Positions 26,274 through 32,000 of a DNA stretch of 32,000 bases are shown piece by piece (within the stretch, counting starts at the first letter, position 1; every line of letters starts with the position of its first letter). A model generated the notes under the pieces. It was not told where the DNA came from, ran no database searches, and saw nothing but the letters and a program-made list of their open reading frames with translations. Source of the DNA: Sinorhizobium meliloti. GTDB lineage: Bacteria > Pseudomonadota > Alphaproteobacteria > Rhizobiales > Rhizobiaceae. The stretch covers positions 540,001 through 572,000 of the forward strand of contig NZ_JAGIOS010000003.1 of the NCBI RefSeq assembly GCF_017876815.1, written 5' to 3'. A program made the translations under genes and the position numbers.

Positions 26274-26923
26274 AGCACCTCGATTACATACACGAGGTGC
26301 CGAGCAACTGCGATTACGGGACGGAAGATCCTAGTATATACCTGACCTTTGACGACGGCCCGAATCCACATTGCACACCGGAAATCCTGGATGTGCTGGC
26401 TGAATACGGCGTGCCGGCGACTTTCTTCGTCATCGGCACCTATGCGAAAAGCCAGCCGGAACTCATTCGACGTATCGTCGCGGAAGGTCACGAAGTGGCT
26501 AACCACACGATGACCCACCCGGACCTGTCAACATGCGGACCTCACGAGGTCGAACGTGAGATTGTCGAGGCAAGTGAGGCCATTATAGCCGCTTGTCCTC
26601 AGGCGGCCGTCCGACACATACGAGCACCTTATGGTGTCTGGAGCGAGGAAGCTCTGACAAGATCGGCGAGCGCTGGGCTGACGGCAATACATTGGTCGGC
26701 AGATCCGCGAGATTGGTCTCGGCCAGGCGCCAACGCGATTGTTGATGCAGTGCTTGCCTCGGTTCGGCCCGGTGCAATCGTGCTGTTGCACGATGGGTGC
26801 CCGCCCGACGAATCGGGAGCGCTTACGGGCCTGCGTGACCAAACCCTTGTGGCGATTTCCCGTATGATCCCGGCGCTGCACGAGCGTGGTTTTGCAATTC
26901 GCCCACTTCCTCCGCATCACTGA
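26270..26923 (+). CDS. nodB: Chitooligosaccharide deacetylase NodB, 217 aa
   Basis: …[34 protein letters not shown]…[11 protein letters not shown]… is the NodB homology (polysaccharide deacetylase) domain. Confidence 0.95.
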   Translation: MKHLDYIHEVPSNCDYGTEDPSIYLTFDDGPNPHCTPEILDVLAEYGVPATFFVIGTYAKSQPELIRRIVAEGHEVANHTMTHPDLSTCGPHEVEREIVEASEAIIAACPQAAVRHIRAPYGVWSEEALTRSASAGLTAIHWSADPRDWSRPGANAIVDAVLASVRPGAIVLLHDGCPPDESGALTGLRDQTLVAISRMIPALHERGFAIRPLPPHH

Positions 26924-26937
26924 ACAGACGAGAACCC

Positions 26938-28218
26938 ATGTACCTGCTTGACACAACCAGCACCGCCGCTATCTCGATCTACGCGCTGCTCTTGACCGCC
27001 TACAGGAGCATGCAAGTCCTACATGCTCGACCGATAGACGGTCCAGCAGTGTCGGCAGAACCGGTCGAGACCCGCCCTCTGCCAGCCGTGGATGTTATCG
27101 TCCCCAGCTTCAATGAGGACCCAGGCATACTCTCGGCATGCCTCGCGTCCATTGCAGACCAGGATTATCCTGGAGAATTGCGAGTCTATGTCGTTGATGA
27201 TGGTTCTCGGAATCGCGAGGCCATTTTGCGTGTACGCGCCTTCTATTCGCGCGATCCGAGGTTCAGCTTCATTCTGCTCCCGGAGAACGTCGGAAAGCGG
27301 AAAGCGCAGATTGCCGCGATAGGCCAATCCTCCGGAGATTTGGTGCTGAATGTCGACTCGGACAGCACGATCGCTTTCGATGTGGTCTCCAAGCTTGCCT
27401 CGAAGATGCGAGATCCAGAGGTCGGTGCGGTTATGGGTCAACTCACGGCTAGCAATTCGGGTGACACTTGGCTGACGAAATTGATCGATATGGAGTATTG
27501 GCTTGCCTGCAACGAAGAACGCGCGGCACAGTCTCGCTTCGGTGCTGTTATGTGCTGCTGCGGCCCTTGTGCTATGTACCGCCGGTCGGCGCTCGCTTCG
27601 CTGCTTGACCAGTACGAAACGCAACTGTTTCGCGGTAAGCTAAGCGACTTCGGTGAGGACCGCCATCTGACGATCCTCATGTTGAAGGCAGGGTTTCGAA
27701 CTGAGTATGTTCCAAACGCCATAGTGGCAACCGTTGTCCCGGATACGCTGAAATCGTATCTGCGCCAACAACTGCGTTGGGCACGCAGCACGTTCCGCGA
27801 CACATTTCTAGCGCTCCCTCTGTTGCGCGGCCTCAACCCTTTTCTCACATTTGATGTAGTCGGGCAGAATATCGGGCCACTGTTGCTTGCTCTGTCGGTG
27901 GTGACGGGACTCGCGCATTTCATAACGACCGCCACAGTGCCATGGTGGACAATTTTGATTATTGCGTCCATAACCATCATACGCTGCAGCGTCGTAGCAT
28001 TGCATGCTCGCCAACTTAGATTTCTTGGCTTCGTTCTGCACACACCCATCAACCTCTTTCTCTTACTTCCGTTGAAAGCTTATGCGTTGTGTACATTGTC
28101 CAATAGCGACTGGCTGTCACGCTACTCCGCGCCAGAAGTACCAGTCAGCGGAGGAAAGCCGACTCCAATTCAAGCCTCCGGCCGAGTGACACCTGACTGC
28201 ACTTGCAGCGGCGAGTGA
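26938..28218 (+). CDS. nodC: N-acetylglucosaminyltransferase (chitooligosaccharide synthase) NodC, 426 aa
   Basis: …[29 protein letters not shown]…[10 protein letters not shown]…GEDRHLT…QQLRWARS… are GT2 motifs (D, DxD, ED, QxxRW). Confidence 0.95.
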   Translation: MYLLDTTSTAAISIYALLLTAYRSMQVLHARPIDGPAVSAEPVETRPLPAVDVIVPSFNEDPGILSACLASIADQDYPGELRVYVVDDGSRNREAILRVRAFYSRDPRFSFILLPENVGKRKAQIAAIGQSSGDLVLNVDSDSTIAFDVVSKLASKMRDPEVGAVMGQLTASNSGDTWLTKLIDMEYWLACNEERAAQSRFGAVMCCCGPCAMYRRSALASLLDQYETQLFRGKLSDFGEDRHLTILMLKAGFRTEYVPNAIVATVVPDTLKSYLRQQLRWARSTFRDTFLALPLLRGLNPFLTFDVVGQNIGPLLLALSVVTGLAHFITTATVPWWTILIIASITIIRCSVVALHARQLRFLGFVLHTPINLFLLLPLKAYALCTLSNSDWLSRYSAPEVPVSGGKPTPIQASGRVTPDCTCSGE

Positions 28219-28225
28219 CAGTAGC

Positions 28226-29293
28226 ATGACTGGAAACGGGCGAGTTTTGAGACAGGAAGCGGAAAATCAATTGTCAGATCGTGAGATGGCCGAAGAGGTT
28301 CCGCATCGGCTTGAGCCGAGTCCGTTCGAGTGGAAGGACCAAAGAGGTCTAGGCGTGAAGACCTCAATACCCGGCGCCATACCAACCGTGGCAATCGATG
28401 TTGCCAACGTAACAAAGTCGTACGGTGACAAACCTGTAGTCAACGGACTGTCGTTCACCGTTGCAGCGGGTGAGTGCTTCGGTTTGTTAGGCCCGAATGG
28501 TGCGGGCAAAAGTACGATCACCCGTATGATCCTCGGCATGACGACGCCTGGTACGGGTGAGATCACCGTGCTCGGCGTGCCGGTTCCGTCACGGGCTCGA
28601 TTGGCACGCATGGGGATCGGCGTAGTTCCGCAGTTCGACAACCTCGACTTGGAATTCACCGTACGCGAAAACCTGTTGGTCTTCGGGCGCTACTTCCGGA
28701 TGAGCACGCGCGAGATAGAAGCGGTAATCCCATCGCTGCTTGAGTTTGCGCGCCTCGAAAACAAGGCGGATGCGCGTGTTTCGGACCTGTCTGGCGGCAT
28801 GAAGCGGCGCCTTACACTGGCACGTGCCCTCATCAACGATCCCCAGCTACTGATATTGGACGAGCCTACCACTGGACTTGACCCGCACGCCCGTCACTTG
28901 ATCTGGGAACGGCTGCGGTCGCTGTTGGCACGCGGAAAGACGATTCTCTTGACCACCCATATTATGGAAGAGGCAGAGCGGTTGTGCGACCGGCTGTGCG
29001 TGCTCGAAGCAGGGCGCAAGATCGCCGAAGGCCGACCTCACATGCTAATAGACGAGAAGATCGGTTGCCAGGTGATAGAGATCTACGGGGGCGATCCACA
29101 CGAGCTAAGTGCGTTGGTAAGCCCGCACGCCCGCCACATCGAGGTGAGCGGCGAGACCGTCTTCTGTTATGCGTTCGACCCGGAGCAAGTACGAGTCCAA
29201 CTGGATGGGCGCGCGGGTGTGCGCTTTCTGCAGCGTCCACCAAATCTCGAGGACGTTTTCTTACGGTTGACCGGGCGGGAGCTGAAGGACTGA
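28226..29293 (+). CDS. nodI: ABC transporter ATP-binding protein NodI
   Basis: Walker [10 protein letters not shown], signature LSGGMKRRL, Walker B LLILDEPT. The alternative internal start ATG at 28286 (MAEEVPH…, 335 aa) may be the real one. Confidence 0.9.
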   Translation: MTGNGRVLRQEAENQLSDREMAEEVPHRLEPSPFEWKDQRGLGVKTSIPGAIPTVAIDVANVTKSYGDKPVVNGLSFTVAAGECFGLLGPNGAGKSTITRMILGMTTPGTGEITVLGVPVPSRARLARMGIGVVPQFDNLDLEFTVRENLLVFGRYFRMSTREIEAVIPSLLEFARLENKADARVSDLSGGMKRRLTLARALINDPQLLILDEPTTGLDPHARHLIWERLRSLLARGKTILLTTHIMEEAERLCDRLCVLEAGRKIAEGRPHMLIDEKIGCQVIEIYGGDPHELSALVSPHARHIEVSGETVFCYAFDPEQVRVQLDGRAGVRFLQRPPNLEDVFLRLTGRELKD

Positions 29294-29296
29294 ACC

Positions 29297-30085
29297 ATGT
29301 GGAAGCTTTATGTGGCGGCTCTGCCCGCCAACGGGTGGAACTGGATTGCCGTGTGGCGCCGCAATTATCTCGCGTGGAAAAAGGTCGCGCTGGCGTCGAT
29401 CCTCGGTAACCTGGCCGACCCCTTAATATATCTGTTCGGTCTGGGTGCCGGCTTAGGAATGATGGTCGGGCGCGTTGACGGTGTGTCGTACATTGCATTT
29501 TTGTCTGCCGGGATGGTCGCGACAAGCGCAATGACCGCGTCGACTTTCGAAACGATCTACGCGACTTTCGCCCGCATGCGCGCTCAGCGCACCTGGGAAG
29601 CGATCCTGCACACACAGGTCACGATCGGCGACATCGTGCTCGGAGAATTGGCGTGGGCAGCTACCAAGGCTTCCCTTGCGGGTACAGGAATTGGTGTCGT
29701 CGCCGCTACGCTGGGCTACACGGAATGGGTGTCACTCCTTTATGCACTGCCGGTCATCGCCCTGACGGGCTTAGCGTTTGCGAGTCTAGCCATGATCGTC
29801 ACGGCGCTTGCACCCAGCTACGAATATTTCATATTTTATCAGACGCTCGTCATCACACCGATGCTGTTCCTGTCCGGCGCTGTCTTTCCAGTCAACCAGC
29901 TGCCGGGCGCTTTTCAACATGTCACACGAATCTTGCCGCTGGCTCATTCGATTGATGTCATCCGTCCGATAATGCTCGGCAGCCCGCTGGTCAACGTGGG
30001 TCTGCATATCGGGGCTCTTTGCTGCTATGCAGTAGTCCCGTTTTTCTTGTCGACTGCATTGCTCCGCCGACGCCTGATGCCTTAA
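29297..30085 (+). CDS. nodJ: ABC-2 type transporter permease NodJ, 262 aa
   Basis: Hydrophobic 6-TM ORF starting 4 nt after the nodI stop, with conserved nodIJ pairing. Confidence 0.9.
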   Translation: MWKLYVAALPANGWNWIAVWRRNYLAWKKVALASILGNLADPLIYLFGLGAGLGMMVGRVDGVSYIAFLSAGMVATSAMTASTFETIYATFARMRAQRTWEAILHTQVTIGDIVLGELAWAATKASLAGTGIGVVAATLGYTEWVSLLYALPVIALTGLAFASLAMIVTALAPSYEYFIFYQTLVITPMLFLSGAVFPVNQLPGAFQHVTRILPLAHSIDVIRPIMLGSPLVNVGLHIGALCCYAVVPFFLSTALLRRRLMP

Positions 30086-30559
30086 TTGGAAATGCGGCGC
30101 CACGTTACGGGGTCATCAATCGGAAACATCGATCGATCTGGCATGGCCGAGGCAAGCCAGCATTGCTCGAATATCTCACGCTTGGAAACAGCGATGAGAA
30201 GGCCCTCCCGCCACGGCGATCGTAACCAGCCAAGTGTTACGGCGTTACGGTTGAGATTCGCCTTTACGCGCGCGACGAGTTCTTCGCCATCTGCGAAGCA
30301 GTGAAGAAAGTCGATCCAGGCTTAAGCGAACGGCGCGCATTTGAGAGTATGTCGCTAAGCTCATCGATGCCATGGCCGGTAGTGCGGTGATCATCGGCAC
30401 TGGTTACGACGCTGATGATACTTCCATTGGCCCGATTGTTGGAGTTTCGGACGAACGCCTCGAGGAATTCCAGGTCTTCGCTGAGCATTCGGCCCCATCG
30501 TTGATGGTGAAGACGTTGATGACGGTGGCCATCAGGCTGACTCAGCCTCGGTGCAGGTA

Positions 30560-31418
30560 GTGGTCGCGGGGACCAATGCCAAGGAAGGTAGCCATCCGAG
30601 CAGGGCGGCGGGATTTTGGGTGCCGCGCGTGGCAGGAGCGCGGCCGTTCCATACCCGACCCGGTCGGCCAGCGTCGAGGTCGAAAGCTCGAGGCCCTCGC
30701 ATTTGAACCGGGTGCTCTGGCGGGTGAGCGGCCTATGCATCCCATACTTGTCGAAGAGGGATGGTCGCGAGCAGATGAGGACCGATGAAGCCGCGCGGCG
30801 TTGCATGGAACGGCGCCGGCGGCTGGCTGATCGCCTCGCAGTCACGGCAGGTAAATTTCTCCCGCACCGTCTCGATCACTTTGAACCGACGCGGAATCTC
30901 TTTCAGCTTTCAGCGTCTCGGTGACGTCTTCGCCCAGCTTGGAAAGCCGCGATCCGCCGCAGCATGCACAGGTGACGGGGGATCGATCACCACGCGCTCG
31001 CGCTCAATATCCTCCGGCCACGGCTTTCGGACCGGCCGTTTTCGCGTGAACGAACGTACGCTCGAGGTCTTGGCGGCGGCCGCTTGCACTGCGACTTCAT
31101 CCTCCGTCGCCGCCATCACCAGTTCTTCGAGCTGCAATTCCATCTGGTCGATCAGGAGCGCCGTGCGCTCGGATCGAAGGCCGCGCAGCTCGCGCTTCAG
31201 CTTTTCGATCGCCAGCTCCAGACTGGCAATCAAGGCCTCACTGTCCGACAGCATGGCCTGCGCATTGGCGGCTTGCGCCACCGCAATGTCCCGCTCGGCG
31301 ACGACGGTATCGCGCTCGGCAACAACGACATCACGTTCAGCCTGTAACATCTCACGCTCGGAAGCGCCAGATAGGCGCTCGCAAGGTCCGCAGGAAGATC
31401 CACAGGCTTTGAAGTCAT
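30560..31418 (-). mobile_element. Decayed IS66-family transposase (TnpC) gene with several frameshifts, a 7-bp tandem duplication and loss of the DDE core
   Basis: Reverse-strand pieces lie in different frames: MTSKPVDLPADLASAYLAL / coiled-coil MLQAERDVVVAERD…RKPWPEDIERERVV / CACCGGSRLSKLGEDVTETL / KEIPRRFKVIETVREKFTCRDCEAISQPPAPFHATPRGFIGPHLLATI / LFDKYGMHRPLTRQSTRFKCEGLELSTSTLADRVGYGTAALLP. These are followed directly by …DGYLPWHW, the C-terminal LLPWNW-type end. Confidence 0.7.
30901..30914. repeat. 7-bp tandem duplication TTTCAGC x2 (GCTGAAA x2 on the coding strand) inside the IS66 transposase remnant
   Basis: Read directly. Removing one copy joins …GEDVTETL to KEIPRRFKVIETVREKF… in one frame. 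Confidence 0.9.
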
Positions 31419-31651
31419 GAAGCTATTCGATCAGATTTACCCAATATGTTCAATGCAACCGTCGACATCGCGTCCCACGATCACACGGGCGACCATTGGC
31501 GCTGACAACCTCCATAAGCCCACTTTTTGCCGTTAAAGAATTGGTCGGCGCAACAAGCGGAATGGCTAGCTCCGGGACCATATAGACAGAACATCCAGTT
31601 CGCCTCACTTCTCAGCAAGGCGGCCCTCCTCGGATGCGTACCCGTCCGTCT

Positions 31652-32000
31652 CTATGTTGGGCGTTGAAGCGGCGTCATTTGTCCTCCAATCCTGCAGTCA
31701 AGGAATTCCTCGATCGCGAGCGCCAGGTCGGTCGGTTGACGGCCGACGGTGCGTATATGGAGTTCCGGATTTTCCGGGGCCTCATAGCACGAGGATACGC
31801 CGGTGAAGTTCGCGATCTTGCCGGCGAGCGCCTTCTCGTAGAGACCCTTCGGATCGCGGCGCGCACACTCGTCGAGCGGCGTGTCGACGAATATCTCGAT
31901 GAACTCGCCCTCCTCCATCAGTTCCCGCGCCATCCGCCGCTCGTCGCGGAACGGCGAGATGAAGGAGACGAGAACGATCAGACCGGCATCGGCCATGAGC
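31652..32000 (-). CDS. nodQ: 3' end of nodQ (bifunctional sulfate adenylyltransferase subunit 1 / APS kinase); the C-terminal APS-kinase domain continues beyond the window end
   Basis: …(L)[81 protein letters not shown]… is the CysC/NodQ kinase domain. The frame stays open to nt 32000. Confidence 0.85.
   Translation of the reverse strand, partial: LMADAGLIVLVSFISPFRDERRMARELMEEGEFIEIFVDTPLDECARRDPKGLYEKALAGKIANFTGVSSCYEAPENPELHIRTVGRQPTDLALAIEEFLDCRIGGQMTPLQRPT

Noticed and set aside
1-32000. Looked for CRISPR arrays, rRNA/tRNA genes, long direct or inverted repeats, and intact IS elements
   Set aside because: No spaced repeat arrays, no RNA-gene signatures and no complete transposase were seen. 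Only the short repeats and relics listed above were found.

Overview
This window reads as a rhizobial symbiosis-plasmid segment. Gene content and order match what I remember for the Sinorhizobium/Ensifer meliloti pSymA nod region; this is from memory and no search was possible. There are three blocks.

(1) 1-6.5 kb is an eroded conjugative-element backbone of the 'leading-region' type. It holds the 5' part of a strawberry-notch-like methyltransferase/helicase gene, a DUF1173-like gene, a small ORF broken by a 10-bp tandem duplication, and a DUF932 gene. It also holds an ArdB/KlcA-type antirestriction gene, a truncated and frameshifted ParB-like gene, a PRiA4_ORF3-family gene and a PIN-domain remnant.

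(2) 6.6-14.7 kb is a DNA-damage-tolerance island carrying alphaproteobacterial LexA boxes (GTTC-N7-GTTC / GAAC-N7-GAAC). It contains imuA-imuB-dnaE2, a divergent dinB, and two divergent SRAP (YedK/HMCES-like) genes. As given, dnaE2 has one frameshift, dinB has two compensating frameshifts, and one SRAP copy lacks the N-terminal catalytic Cys.

(3) 15.2-32 kb is the nod/nif region. It runs nod box-nodM-nolF-nolG-nodN, then a convergent nifN with a NifA-UAS/sigma54-type promoter about 400 nt upstream. nodD1 is divergent from nod box-nodABCIJ, followed by a decayed IS66-family transposase and the 3' end of nodQ.

I saw no rRNA, tRNA or CRISPR. I did not find a convincingly new multi-gene system. 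The most checkable oddities are:
- the decay pattern of the SOS polymerases;
- the Cys-less SRAP paralog that shares one LexA operator with a canonical copy;
- two frameshifts caused by short tandem duplications;
- a repeated upstream element in front of two backbone genes;
- the long leader of nifN;
- an unexplained 0.5-kb spacer next to nodD1.
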